A stretch of 64,000 nucleotides of DNA from Vitrella brassicaformis CCMP3155 (GCA_001179505.1 CDMY01000123.1:1-64000), one strand, 5' to 3'. Positions 23,301 to 37,410 are shown, counted from the first letter of the stretch. Numbers and translations are program-made. The notes: generated by a model from the letters alone, not told the origin.

Positions 23301-25738
23301 AGGAGAAGATGGCCGCGGGGGAGAGGGGGGGCCGGGGCCGGGGCGGGGGTGGCGGTAGACGACTGGACGAGCTGAAGAGGATGACTGAGTTCTGCGATGC
23401 TACAGACTGCCGGTGGGTGGGCGGTGGGCAGGGGAGGGACACATCCATCCATCCATCCATCCTTTCATGGCATGGATGTCTCTGTCAGGCGCATTTTGTT
23501 GTTGCGGCACTTTGGGGAGGCTCCTCCTGGTGCTGACCTGTGCGGCGCCGGCTGCGACAACTGTGCACACAACCTGCTGCAGGGACAGGTAACCCACCCA
23601 CTCACGAACAAACACACCGACACACGGCGACCACACGTATCTGTGTGTGTGTGTGTGGTGTGTGTATCGTTCTCTGATCAGTCTGAGGAAGAGGACGTGA
23701 CGGAAGCGGCCATGACGATCGTGTTGTTGGTGCAGGACTACGTCAGGCTCAAGACCGCCAGCGGCATGTACAGGCTCACGCAATCGCTGCTCAACGACGC
23801 CGCCAGGGGGCTCAACCACAAGAGAATCGGCCAAACCAAGTTAGTGGGTGCCGAAGGGCGCGGGCAATCTGCAGGCATTCACCCGCCTCTGTGTGTGTAT
23901 GTGTGTGTGCGTGTGTGCGTGTGCAGGATGAACACGGCTGGGTCGTACGGCAAGCTGCGGCGGTGGCGCAAGAGCACACAAGACACCAAGGAGTCGATCG
24001 ACCAGCTCATTCGGTCGGCAGGCCAGCAGCGAGGAGGGAGGCACACGCAGACCAGCAAACACCACACCCCCTCTAACCCCCTCTATCTTCCCCCTCTCTC
24101 CCCCTCTCTCCCTGTGTGTGTGTGTGTGTCTGTGTGCTTCTTGCATGCAGCCTGTTGCTCAACGGCAAGTACCTGACCAACGGCGTGCAGAAGTCCACTT
24201 ATCAAGACTTCCCCGTCATCAAGTGAACACCACCCCTCACCCCACCCCCCAACGCCCATTCCCTCCGCCCTTCTGTCCATCTGTTCTCAGGATCGGCCAG
24301 GCGCCCCAGGTCAAGAAGCTCACCAGCGGCAATGTGACCATCACCATGCCCAGGCCCCGCAACAGACCCCCACGCAGACACGGCCCCCCCGCCCTCCCCT
24401 CTGGCAACCCAGACAACCACCAGGCCGACGGCAATGACAACATGGGAGACGACGACAGTCCCCCCAAGAAGAAGAAGCGGCCGCGGGGGCATGGGGTCGG
24501 GGGAGGGAGAGGCGAATCGCATCAGCAACAGCAGCAGCAGCAGCGGCAGATGGACGATGACTACAACGACTGGGACGATGATGACGACGATGATGAGGAT
24601 GACGTCCCGCCGCCCCCGGCAAAGAAGAAGAAGAACGCTGGTGGTGGTGGTGGAGGTGGTGGGAAGAGGAAAGGCAAGGCGGGGCGCAAGAGCAACATGG
24701 CCATCAATCGGGGCAAGGAGAAACAACCGGCAAAGAAGAAGAGACGAAACTCACAGGTCAGTCAGTCGGTCAGTCGGTCGGGGACCTTTGCTGCCTGAGT
24801 CTTGTTTCTCATATGAGGAGGTGCGCTTTTTCTGTCTGTGCGCATCTCTGCAGGGTGGAATGGCCGCTCACGCTCCCGTGCAGCGAGAAGATGACGAGGA
24901 TGACTGGAGCGGCAATGAGATGATCCTCATCTCATCCAGCGGACCCTCAGACGTACGTGAGCATCGCACACTCCACAAACAAACACAACTAACGACACCA
25001 CGACTGACTGCATATGTCTCTCGCGTTACCAATCAGCCTGACCGTGACCGCCGTGCAAAGGCAGCCCCGGCCGCACCCCGCCGACCGCCCTCTGGCCCCC
25101 GCCAGAATGCCCAACCCCCTCCGCCCGCTGCTGCAGCTGCTGCTGCTGCCGCACACAATCAGTTCGCCAACTTCGCGTTCCACCAGAGGCCACCGGCCCC
25201 ACCAGCAGCAGCACCAGCAGCCGCTGCAGCGGGCGCCATGCGAGTGTCAGATCCGCTCGCCTACTCGTCCAGCCATGACTCTCACAACAATGCCCCAAGC
25301 CGACAGGTGTGCCGACAGATGAGTGGGCCGGGCGGGGCGAGAGGAGCTGTTCGGGCTCCTGCTCCTGCTGCTGCTGCTGTTGCTGTTGCTGCGAGAAGCG
25401 GCGGGGCGGGACACGTAGGCATGGAAGGTGGCAATGGCAATGGCAACGGCGTGGCAGCGCAGCCTGCTGCCAACGGCAACCACCCCGGCAGACCGCCCCA
25501 GCATCAGCAGAGGAATGGCGGGCCACCCCCGGCAGCAGCAGCGGCGGATGCGGCCAATGGCAACACGGGTGCAGGGCGGTTGGCTGGGAGGGTGGGCCAC
25601 ATCTCTGCTGCTGCAAGGAGGAACCAGATGGTGAGAAGGCCGGCAAATCTGCGGGCGGAAGGCGAGAATGTGCAGCCAGCCATAGGCCCCGCAATGATGA
25701 GAGAGCGAGACAGACAGCTGCTCAATGCGTGGCGGTGA
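19555..25738 (+). CDS. RECQ: RecQ-family DNA helicase with N-terminal PIP box and C4HC3 zinc finger
   Basis: [11 protein letters not shown]; [17 protein letters not shown]; [13 protein letters not shown]; LYVTPEKL; VDE|[15 protein letters not shown]; ALTASAT; SIDRPNL; [13 protein letters not shown]; AYHAGM; VATV|[14 protein letters not shown]; [12 protein letters not shown]; RQC zinc motif [17 protein letters not shown]. Confidence 0.95.
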
Positions 25739-26080
25739 CAATTGATTGATGCATCGTGCGTGCAATGATGCACGCACGATCTTTGACTTTCCATCTCGCC
25801 TTATCGTTCGCTCGTCAAGCCATTGCCCGATACATCAGCACACGAGAGAACGGATATAAGAGCACTGTGTTGAAAATCATATCATCCACGTCGCCAAAGC
25901 CAGCCAGCCATCCAGCCATCCACCACAAGTCTGATGCGATGCGACCGATCACTCCTTCGAATGGCGCAGCGGATGGGTGGGGGTCGGTCGCAGGTGCGAG
26001 CTCAAACCTGCGGCGGGTGTCAGAGATCTGGGAGCAGGACAAGGTGAAAATGGACCTGTGTTGATTGACCACTAGCTGTG

Positions 26081-29000
26081 ATGTCGAGCGGTCTTCTGCA
26101 TCTTCCTGACCTGAGCGCCTTCCTGTCTGCCAGCATCGTCGGGTGCGAGGTGCGCGAGGAGACCGGCAACTTGAAGCAGTTCACCATCTACTGCATACAG
26201 ATGCAGGTACGGTACGGTGCGCGACCGTGCCTGCCGTGACCGAATGAATGAATGAAATGAATGAGTCAGTCAATCAATCAAGGCGATTGATTGGATGATG
26301 CGTTCATGGAACCCATCGCCGCGTTTTTGTGTGTGCGCGCGCGTGTGTGTGTGTGTGTGTGTGTCTGTCTGTGATCTGGCTGACAAACAAGCAGGTGACG
26401 TTGCCGTCCTACTACGACGCGTGGCCTGAGTGGGTGTGCTACCGACGCTACTCGCAGTTCAGCGACCTTCACGCCCAGCTCGTCAGATCTGGCGCCAACA
26501 CAGGAGGTAGTACGTCAGCATGCCAATCAACATAGCCACCCACGCCCACGCACCCAATCGGCGTGTGTGTGTGTGTGTGTGTGTGTCAGGCCGTCTTCCG
26601 CTGCTGCCGCCCAAGCGTCTGACGGGCGTGCTGGAGAAGGAGTTTGTGGAGCAGAGGCGCGGCGATCTCGAGGCCTACCTGACGCAGCTGATCGCCAGGG
26701 CACCGCTGGCGGCCTTCTCGCCATTCCTATGCGCTTTCCTGGAGATTCCAAAGCCGCTCCAACAGGTGTGGGTGTCTGTCTGCCTGGGGAGAGGGATGTG
26801 TGTGTGAGTGCGTGTGTGTGTTTGTGTGTGTGTGCAGATCCTATGGGAGCTGCTGAACGCGTCACCGAGTGGGCTGGCGACGGCGCAGCAGAAGAGCGAG
26901 GCCAGCGGGGCGACAGATGGCACCACCACAAACCCACTGGTATGTCCCACATCATCCACACCACACACACAAGCCACAAGCCTCGGCCGATATGTGTGTA
27001 TGTTGGCTGGCGTGCGTCAGGCTGGGTTGCTGGGAGAGGTGCGCAGCGATGAGGATGCGGCGACGGGCCGGGTGAGGCTGCTGCTCAGCCAGTTTGAGGA
27101 GCTCGCCAACAACAAGGTACGTGGGCGAATGAAATGAGTAAATCGGTGGATGCGATGCGCCTCGAGAGGCGTCACCGTGTGTGTGTGTTGACTGTGTAGG
27201 TGACGGCCATCCGTGAGTTCGAGTCATGGTTTGTGCGGACCAAACCCAACTACAAAGAAGACACCATCGCGCTCCTCCTCATTGGAAATGCTAACAACGG
27301 TCAGTCGGCACACTCCCCTCCCCCCTCCCCCACCAGCCACACGCACACAAAGGTAGCCATGCATTCATTCTGTCTGTCGGTCTGTCTGTCTGTCTGTCTG
27401 TGTGTGTGCCACGTAGGGTTGCTGTTAGAGTGCGGCGCCATGGAGCACTCGATCGTGTCATGCTCTGCCGCCCTGGGCCTGCTGCGGAAGCTCACCAGCC
27501 ACGAGTACAATCCCTACACACCGGCATACATCAGCGTCATGGTCAGGATGGCCCAACACAGGTCAGTCAGTCTGTCAGTAACTGCACTCCAGTGGGTGAG
27601 ATCACATGGCATGGGGGATTGGACTGGCTGGCTGTGTGGTGTGTGGTGTGTGTCAGTCCGAATCTGCTGAAGCATCTCCGTCTGCACGTTCACATTCGGA
27701 CGTCCCACAGCAACAACCGGCGAGACGCCTTCCACCTCCTCAGTGTGCTCACCCCACAGATATCCAGGAAACAGCTACACGAAATGATGCCCGTATGCAC
27801 ACCACACCACACCACACCACCCCCCCACTCCCGACTCCCCCCCAACACACACATCTCTCTCTCTCTCTCTCTNNNNNNNNNNNNNNNNNNNNNNNNNNNN
27901 NNNNNNNNNNNNNNNNNNNNNNNNNNNNNNNNNNNNNNNNNNNNNNNNNNNNNNNNNNNNNNNNNNNNNNNNNNNNNNNNNNNNNNNNNNNNNNNNNNNN
28001 NNNNNNNNNNNNNNNNNNNNNNNNNNNNNNNNNNNNNNNNNNNNNNNNNNNNNNNNNNNNNNNNNNNNNNNNNNNNNNNNNNNNNNNNNNNNNNNNNNNN
28101 NNNNNNNNNNNNNNNNNNNNNNNNNNNNNNNNNNNNNNNNNNNNNNNNNNNNNNNNNNNNNNNNNNNNNNNNCCCCCCCATCCCCACCACCCCCCAGGAT
28201 GAGTACGCTCTGCACGAGTTCTGGAAGTGGCTAGAAGTCAAATCACGGCTGCAGAACACACGCTTCGTCGTGGCGGGCAGCGTCGGCAACTTCACGTCGG
28301 CAGCTGCTGCGGGAGCTGCAGCAGCAGCTGGAGGGGCCCCGGGGGCCAACCACACAGGCGGTACGCCCCCAACAGACACAGACACAGACACACACACGTG
28401 TGAGTGTGTGGAAGGATGGATGGATGGATGGTCAATGTCTCAGGTGGTCTGTCGCCCCCCAACGGCCGCTCGAGCCCGTCGCCGCCCCAGCGGATATCGC
28501 TGCACTCGAAACGGGAGTACGAGAAGCTGGCCGAGAACGCCTTCACTTCGCTTCAGGTCGGCCGAGCACGGGTGGGTGTGGGGTACTTATGTGTGTGTGT
28601 GTATGTGTTGGTCTGGGGGCTGGTGCATTCAGACGTGCTTGGCGACCTTCCAAGTGGAGCCTTTGACCAACGGCGACACCTCGCCCGTCAACCAGCACAT
28701 GTGAGGGAGTTGAGTTTGCACACTGACCCACCCCACCGTCACACACACTCACACAGAGAGAGAGAGAGAGAGAGAAACATGTGCTGTGCTGTGCCTTCGT
28801 ATGTCTGTCTGTCTGGTTCTCTGTCTGGTTCTCTGTCCCTCTCGCGCATCAATCACTGCTGCAATGCACTGCAGGACCCAACAGCCGTCGGTCCACCACA
28901 TGCCGTCTTACCCCTCCATCGTGCCCCCCTCGACGCCCAACAACATCGACTCCTCCCCATCAGCAGGCACGCCCACGCCCACGCCCCCGATCCCTCCACT

Positions 29001-31717
29001 CCCCAACCGGGTGCAGAGCGGCCCCCCCGCCTCAACCTCCCCCATGGACCAGAGCGACGTCGACTCGCTCGAGCTGTCTGAAATCAAAGACGACGGTATG
29101 TCTGTCCCGTGTGTGGTGCCTTGATGTGTGTGTGTGCGCNNNNNNNNNNNNNNNNNNNNNNNNNNNNNNNNNNNNNNNNNNNNNNNNNNNNNNNNNNNNN
29201 NNNNNNNNNNNNNNNNNNNNNNNNNNNNNNNNNNNNNNNNNNNNNNNNNNNNNNNNNNNNNNNNNNNNNNNNNNNNNNNNNNNNNNNNNNNNNNNNNNNN
29301 NNNNNNNNNNNNNNNNNNNNNNNNNNNNNNNNNNNNNNNNNNNNNNNNNNNNNNNNNNNNNNNNNNNNNNNNNNNNNNNNNNNNNNNNNNNNNNNNNNNN
29401 NNNNNNNNNNNNNNNNNNNNNNNNNNNNNNNNNNNNNNNGCCCCACACACACACATGAACCTCTGTGTGTGTGTGTGTGGACTGATCAGCCGCTTGCCCG
29501 TGTCAACAGTGCCACCTCGCTGTTAGGGCTTCCGGCCGCATCCTCATGGCAACAAGTCGATATCCCCCCTTCACTCGAACACCTGAAGGCACCAATGAAG
29601 CAATCAACTCACTCAACACGCCCACACACACACACATCCATCCATCCATCCATCTGGGTGTGTGTGCAGGTCAGTGCTGTGTACCAGAAGCTGACGCAGG
29701 ACAAGTACATTCTGCGGGCCCACCTGACATTGCCCTTTCCGGCCTGGCTCGTAGCTGCTGCTCTCGCTGACCTAGAGTGAGTCGATGAGATCACACACAC
29801 ACACACACACACACAGAGGGAGAGGGAGAGAGAGAGGGAGGGGGAGAGACGTGCACTCATTGGGATGTCTGTGTCTGTGTCTGTGTGTCAGCACGATGCT
29901 CGAGGCGGCCCTGCAGCAAAAGAGGAACACCGCCACGCCTGAAATGGTCGGCCACGCGCACACACACGCACCCATTGCGTGTGAGTGTGCAGAGACCGTT
30001 CTGTGCTCTGTGTGTGCGGATGGCTGGCTGGCTGGCTGCAGCTGCGTCAGTTCGAACGCGGTCGAGCCTCTTACTGGAACACCAAGGCAATCCCCCCCCC
30101 CCCCCCCNNNNNNNNNNNNNNNNNNNNNNNNNNNNNNNNNNNNNNNNNNNNNNNNNNNNNNNNNNNNNNNNNNNNNNNNNNNNNNNNNNNNNNNNNNNNN
30201 NNNNNNNNNNNNNNNNNNNNNNNNNNNNNNNNNNNNNNNNNNNNNNNNNNNNNNNNNNNNNNNNNNNNNNNNNNNNNNNNNNNNNNNNNNNNNNNNNNNN
30301 NNNNNNNNNNNNNNNNNNNNNNNNNNNNNNNNNNNNNNNNNNNNNNNNNNNNNNNNNNNNNNNNNNNNNNNNNNNNNNNNNNNNNNNNNNNNNNNNNNNN
30401 NNNNNNNCCCCCCCCCCCCCCTCCCACACACACACAGAGGCAGAGGGAGAGGGAGAGGCACACACACACACACACATATATGCACCAATCACCGGTGATT
30501 CAGGTGCGTGAGGTGTCGGTATTGGAGAAGGTCAACGACCACACGGACGTCCTGTCGGCCTGCATCGAGTCGTCCACCACCCGCCACGCGCACGTGCGCA
30601 TGTGCCTGCTGCGGGCGGTCAAGTACCTCCCCAACGACATGTCCTTCATGCTCGTCTACACCTCCGTCAAGCACCAGAAATACGCTCAGTCGAACCCCAG
30701 CCATGCCACACGAATTGTCAACGGAGGGAGCGAGCGGCACAAGCACGTGGAGATCAAACCTTCTGGTGGGTGCGGTCACAGAATGCATTGCCATGCCCAC
30801 ACACGTGTGTGAGGATGTGTGTGTGTGTTGGGTGGGGCTCAGGTGTGCTGATATTGCCGCTGGACGACACCGCGTGTCAGCTCAACATCTCCGCCATGCT
30901 GTCCTCCGAGTCCATCGTGCTCTTCAGGTGCATATATGCCACTCCTCCACCCAGAGGAAGCCGTCTCTCTCCCTCTCTCTCCCTCTCCCTCCCTCCCTCC
31001 CTCCCTCTCCCTCTGTGTGTGTGAGCAGTGCCGAGTTGCTGGGCGAGTCGAACCACTTGTGGACGTCCCTGGCCAACCTGCACAAGCTGCTGTCGTTCCT
31101 GCACCCCCTGCCGGCTGACATGGCCACGCAGATCGTCAGCTACCTCACCCACACCCACACCCACAGCCACTCCTACACCCCGATGGCGGCCATGCAGCAG
31201 CAGAGAGGAGGGTACAACTACAGCTACAGCCGGGGGTACTCCTCGCCCTTCCCTGCTGCTGTCCCTGACCCGCACGCGCCCCCCGCACAGCCACACGCAC
31301 ATCAACAACACCCCTTGCGCAGCAGTGGCTCACAGCCTTTGTCTCACGGTGGGTGGGCCAGCAGGTGTAAGTGTGCCGTCATCTCACGTGTGTGTTGCGG
31401 GGCGGGGTGGTGCAGGTGAGCATGACTCGCCCAGTGTGTCCTCCCTGCCGTCATCGCATTCGCACTTCGGCGAGTCCCCAGCGGCAGACACCACGACCAC
31501 CACACGGGGCGGTGGCGACCCCGACAGCCAGAACGATCAGAATGATGACGAGGTGGGCCCCCAGGCACCCCCACTTTATCATCCTCTGTCTGTCTGTCTG
31601 TCTGATCGTTAGGCTCCCCCGCCCCCACCGAGTGGTTTGCTGCGCGGTTTGGGCGCTGGGTTCATTGCTGAGGGGCACAGCCGGGCAGTGGCGGGGGTGG
31701 GCGGCATACGGGAATGA
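26081..31717 (+). CDS. PX-domain protein with C-terminal START/SRPBCC-like lipid-binding domain (three assembly gaps inside)
   Basis: PX hallmarks: FTIYCIQ, WVCYRRYSQFSDLHAQL, LPLLPPKRL, FVEQRRGDLEAYLTQL, FLCAFLE. C-terminal exons (EVSVLEKVNDHTDVL, MCLLRAVKYLPNDMSFMLVYTSV, IKPSG|VLILPLDDTACQL) resemble START folds. The 3' end is uncertain. Confidence 0.7.
27873..28172. other. Assembly gap (300 N)
   Basis: N run inside an intron, flanked by (CT)n and a C-run. Confidence 1.
29140..29439. other. Assembly gap (300 N)
   Basis: N run inside an intron. Confidence 1.
30108..30407. other. Assembly gap (300 N)
   Basis: N run flanked by poly-C on both sides. Confidence 1.
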
Positions 31718-32986
31718 GTGATGGAGTGATGTGACTGACTGACTGACTGACTGATGTGTGCATGTCTGTCTGTCTGTGTGTATGCCGGCGAGATTGATTT
31801 GATTTGTTGTGTGCACTCTCTTTATTTGTTTGTCTGTCCGTATCATCATCGTCAATCACCCACCCCACACCCGACCGACCCGCCCCCCACCTATCCGTTC
31901 CAACTGACTAGATGTCACTCACGTACTCGGGAAAACCGGAATGACACAAAGCGCATCGCATCGCATTCACTCACACGCACGTTACGCACAACAAACAGCA
32001 CATGGAGAGATCTGTCTGTGTGATCACGTGATGTGATAGATGGATGCCATCGATCGGCCAAATCACTAGTCAACTACTAAGTGGGGCAGAGCTCCGCCTT
32101 AGTGGGTGGCTTCGGGCACGACAAATGCATGTAATGTCCTCAATAAGATCGTACGAACCGTGCCACCCCGCCCCCGCCCTCCCACTCTCCCCCAGCCCTA
32201 CCCAACACAACACAACACAACACAACGGAAACAGTGAACTGAATGGACGAAGCGTCTGCTGCACTTCTCTCACTCACTCACACAGACAGTGGTATGGAAT
32301 AAACACACTAACATGACATGCACTCACTCTAAAGACATTACAGAGAGAGACCGTGACGGAGCAAGACCTGCTGTCTTTGCCTCCCTCCGCCACCGTCTCC
32401 TTCTCTCTCCATCCTTTCATCGCCATGCATCTCGCCCAGCACATCAGCACATGAAGATCATGAAGATCTGTCTGTCACGGTGGAGCAAGCTTTGAGGCAG
32501 GCAGGCAGCACTCACTCAATAAGAATGCTCGCTCATCGACTCGATCGACTAAAGCAGAGAAAGGCTCATAGAATAGACAGACGGACATGAAATTGCAGGC
32601 AGCATGAAGAGAGCTTTAAATAGCCACCACATAGAGTGAGAGGAGGGGAGGGGAGGGGTGGGCTGAGTGACCCGAAATGTATCTATCTTCATGGAGATCG
32701 AAAGATGAGAGAATTGCGAGAGAGACCCCACCCCACCCACATGCGGCACGCAACGTGCAACCAAAGCACAGTAGCATCCATCTCAATCCATCAAGGCCAC
32801 ACGGAAGGAAACAACCAAAACCCCTCCTCCCATCTGCCGGCCAGTGTGTGTGTTGTAAGGGAGGTAAGCACAACGACCCAAGACAGACACGATGGCCAGA
32901 CAAGAGCCCAGATGAGATGGGGTGGGGGAGGGAGACCGACCGGGAAACATTGGCACGCAACGCAGAGACATACCCAGTCTCTCTCG

Positions 32987-34424
32987 CTACTTGCAGTCCT
33001 TGGTGCATCCGCCCTTGTGCTGCACGGGCTGCTGCTGCTGCTGCTGGTGCTGCACGTAGGTGGTGTGGACGATCTGGTGGGCCGCTATGGTGTGGGTCGC
33101 GAGGCACTGGACGCCCTCCAGTGTATAACCCTGACACACAAGACAAGACAAGACAACACACACACGCCGAGAAAGAGAAAGAGAGAGAGAGAGGGTGTGC
33201 GCCAAGGAGAAACAGATGCATGCATCTGTCTCTGTCTCACCTTTCCACACACATATTGGGCAGCGGCGCTCTCCATTGCGTAGCACTTGCCCTTGCCCAT
33301 CTCCATGTTGTCAGGACACTCCTGCAGGGCGGCCGTGTGCTCGTACCGCACGCACGAGCCGTCCTTCAGGGCGCTGTCCGGCGGGCAAGACGCATACTTG
33401 GCCGCCTGCACACACACACACAGTCATGTGTCGCTCCGTTGGTATCATGCTGCTGCCTCTCATCCCTCTTGCTCTCTCTCTCTCTCTGTGTGTGTGTGTG
33501 CTGGGGGGGAGGGAGGGTCCCTATTACCTACCGTCTTGATTTGTGTGCAGGTGTCGCCCACGAGGTCGTATCCCTTGGTGCACCGGAGCTGCTTCTGCGT
33601 GTACCGTGCCGCCACACACGAGTTGCCCTGCCTCTCATAGCCGGATGGGCAGGACACTGCAACAGCCTCCCTCATTTCCTAGACACACACACGCACACAC
33701 ACACAGAGATGCATTTGCAGCCCGATTCTCTCTCTCTCTCCCTCTGTGTGTGTGTGTGTGTGTGTGGTGGAGAGAGGGCACCTGCACACAGGCGTCGCCA
33801 CTTGGTGTGTGTCCCGGCGGGCACTTGCTGAGCATGTCGGCGGTGATCAGTCTGGTGCATGCGCCGGTGTCGCTGGCCGCATAGCCCTCGGGACACTTCT
33901 GCTGCATCGCCACATCAGTTCTCTGCACACACACACACACAGACAGACAGACAGACACACACAGAGAGAGAGAGAGAGGGAGATGTGTCTTGGGGTGGAT
34001 GTGTGTGTGTGTGTGTGTGAGTGTGATTACTACGTGCCTGGACGCATCTGTTGTCTTCCTGTTGATAGCCATCGGGGCACGAGTAGAGGTAATCGAGGAC
34101 GGTCTTCTTGACGCAGAGCTCCTTCGACTCACCCTCCTTGGCGTAGCCAGCCGGGCACACAAACGTCCCTGCAGACAGACAACAAAGCCCAAAACACTTT
34201 CTCCCTCTCTCTCACTCTCTCTGTGTGTGTGTGTGTGTGCATGGTGTTAGTTAACATGGTGTTGACTGACCAGGTTCGTATCTGCAGCTGGATGTGGTCT
34301 TGTGAGCGGCCTCCCCGGCGCACTTCTCACACAGCACCCCACCGTCAGAGCCGGTGACCTCGGACTGCTTATAGTCGGCGGGACACTGCATCACCTTTGC
34401 CTACACACACAGCCCACACACACG

Positions 34425-34462
<38 letters not shown>

Positions 34463-34872
34463 TGTGTGTTTGGGGTACCTGGGTCTCTCGCGCGATGCAC
34501 TGTGATACGGCTCTGCTCTTCTTGCCCCTACTCGACGACGCCGAGACCGTCTCCTCACCTGCACACACGACACACAACAGGCAGGCATGCTGCTGCCTCT
34601 CATCCCTCTCTCTCCTTCTGTCTCCCTCCCTCTGTGTGTGTGTGTCTGTGTGTGTGTGGTGCTTACTCCCGTCGGGGCAGTATCTGTTGAGCTCTGCGTA
34701 CTGCGTCATGGTGCAGGAGGCGCCATCGGCCGCCTGGACGGTGTCTGGGGGGCAGTAGCTGATGAGCTGCGCCTCGAGGGTGCGCTCGCACTTGTCGGCC
34801 GCCATGCTGTAGCCATCCTGGCAGTAATACTCGTACGCTGCTGTCGTCTGCACCACACACACACACACACAT

Positions 34873-34903
<31 letters not shown>

Positions 34904-35853
34904 TCGTGTGCGTGTGTGGGGATCTCATCTCATCTGATCTACCTTCTTGAGACAGTCGTTGCCCATGTTCTCATAGCCCTCCGGGCAAGACTTGATGACA
35001 TCCGCGCTCGCGTAGGCCACGCACTGGTCGCCGGTGGCAGTGCCCTCGGCGCAGTAGGCCACGGCTTGCTTGGTGTAGGTCATCTCACAACTCTCGCCAA
35101 CGTCCTGACGACCACACACACACACACAGACAGACAGACAGACAGAGAGGGATTCGCACACCCACAGCCACACCCACACAATGAAGACCCACACTGACTG
35201 ACCTGGTAGCCAGAGTGGCAGAGGTACTCGGGGGCGAAGGCGGTCTGCTTGACGCAGCCCTGGTTGTTGAGGGTGTAGCCGTCTGGGCAGTAGGTCTTGA
35301 TGGCCTGGGTCACCTTTTTCACACACACCATCTCCTTGCCGCCGCCGTGCGCACTGTACCCAGATGGGCACTGGGCCTGCAACAGACAGACAGAGAGGAG
35401 GGCTGCGGTGCGGGGCGTCCAGGAGGGAGGCCTGCTGTGCGCCTGCTGTGCGATCGATGCATTCCTTACCTTGGCCGCTGCAGCGACCACCTTGGAGCAC
35501 TCAGTCTCATCCGATTTCTCATAACCCTGCACACACACACACACAGAGACAGACAGACAGACAGATTGACACCTAGAGTGCCCCGCAATCACATCAATCA
35601 AACACATCAATGTGCTGTGCTCTTTTGGCACAGAGATCTCTGCTCCCTCACTCACACTCACCTTGGGGCACACATACTCGTACGTCACCTGCGCCGCCGC
35701 TGCCCCACCCCCCTTGCTGCCGTGGCCGTGGCCGCCATACTTTCTGTACTTGGCGTGGCCACGGTGCGAATGCGGGCCGGCAGACGCCAGCTGCAGCTGC
35801 AGTCCACCGAGGATGGCTGCACAGAGCGCGAGTAGGGCCGACAAGCGCACCAT
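32987..35853 (-). CDS. Secreted cysteine-repeat protein, oocyst wall protein (COWP/TgOWP)-like
   Basis: Signal peptide MVRLSALLALCAAILGGLQLQLASA, His/Gly-rich spacer, then many C-P-x-G-Y...C repeats (CPSGY, CPDGY, CPEGY, CPAGY, CTKGY) over more than 10 exons, ending GCTKDCK*. Confidence 0.8.
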
Positions 35854-35860
35854 GATGGCA

Positions 35861-35890
35861 GATCTTTGCTGATCTTTGCTGATCTTTGCT
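35861..35890 (-). repeat. Three tandem copies of AGCAAAGATC just upstream of the OWP-like start codon
   Basis: The plus strand reads GATCTTTGCT x3, beginning 8 nt upstream of the ATG at 35853. Confidence 0.9.
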
Positions 35891-36321
35891 GGTGTTCGTG
35901 AGTGAATGGGCGGAGTCGTAGATCTTTTGATGAGGGCGGGGCAGGGCAGGGGTGGGCGGCAGGACGTTCGGTGGTGCGGGGGTGAGCCAGTTGGTGAGTG
36001 CTATCTCTCGCGGTGGAGAGGGAGATGACCGTTGAGATGTAGCCGTTGAAGTGCCAAAATAGTGGCCCACGTGATGGTGGTCAATCAATTCATTGCCGTG
36101 TCGGTGTCTGGCACACTAATCAGCACGTGCACCTTCTTCACGCACACGCAGCTCGCCAGCAAAACCGTTCTCTCACGGAGAGAGAGGCAGGCAGCCCACG
36201 CTACTTCCGCTCACACATGGACAGACAACTCGTCTGCACCACGCACAAACCAGACAAGACACACAAAGAGAGAAAGGGCACGTCCTCCCTCCCTCCCTCC
36301 CTCCCTCCCTCAGTAAGTCGA

Positions 36322-37410
36322 TCAGCCACCCATCCCCCTATCGCTCACAACCTGCTGCTCCACCCCCACTCCCACCCCAGCAGCAGCCGCCTCTCCGTTC
36401 TCGAGCTTCCGCTTCTTCCCCCCCATCACGGCCACATCAGACCCCAGGACGAGTGGCGGCTTGGTCCAGTCGATGCCCAGCTGCTTCATGCGCACGGCCG
36501 CTTCGAAGAGGTAGTCGAGGCACTCGGCTTGCGTCTTGGCCTGCACCCAGCTGTCGCCCCACACGTAGACGCCGTGCCGGCGCACCAGCACGGCGGCGGC
36601 CTTGGGGTAGGCCTTGATGGCCGCCGTCAGGTCGTCGGCCAAATCGCACTCGTGAGCCGTGTTCTGCATGGGAAGAGAAGAGAGAGAGAGAGAATGAGAG
36701 AGAGGCGAACACATTGGGGAATGCTTGTGTGGTCGTGCTGTGCTGCGTGCCTCGATGATGGGAACGACGAGGTGGTCGTGGTAGCCGTGCCCCTTGATGC
36801 CCTTGATCATCTCGAGGCACGTGATGCGGAACTCGCTAGCACTCTCGTCCAAAACCGTCGCCAGCATCGCGTTCAGGCTGTGGCTGTGCAACACAGCTCC
36901 TGACCACACACACACACACACACGAACACACACACACACGAGAGGGTCATGTGAGCGTCTGTGTGTCTGGCTGAGTATCTGTGTGCTCACCAGCCCCCCT
37001 GAGGGTGTATGCGGCCATGAAGAGAGGGGCACACTGGCTGAGCTTCAGGTGGGAAGGGCCGGTCACCACGGCGCCTTGGCTGTCGAGCTCGAAGATCTCG
37101 CCGGGCTGGATGCGCTCCTTCTGCACACCTGCATGACATGAGATGAGCCAACCAAACACACCACACACAGCCGCGTCCATCTCCCTCCGTGTGCAGTGAA
37201 CTGTGTGGGTCGTGTCCACTGACCTGAAGGGGCCATGTAGATGGTGTCGCCCTGTTTGATGCTCATGCCGCCACCAGTGCCGGACGCCCACCCTGACAGG
37301 ACAGCACAAGGGCAGAAACGCACACCAAGATCATAGATCTCGTCCTCGGCAGCGAGTACCTTTGTCATAGAACAGGCGGCAGAGCTCACAGATGCGCTCC
37401 CGCGCATCAT
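36322..37410 (-). CDS. mtnB: Methylthioribulose-1-phosphate dehydratase (methionine salvage; class II aldolase fold, Zn)
   Basis: [13 protein letters not shown]; MAPSG|VQKERI; SQCAPLF; AGAVLHSHS; [12 protein letters not shown]; LVVPIIE|NTAHECDL; [31 protein letters not shown]. Confidence 0.95.
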
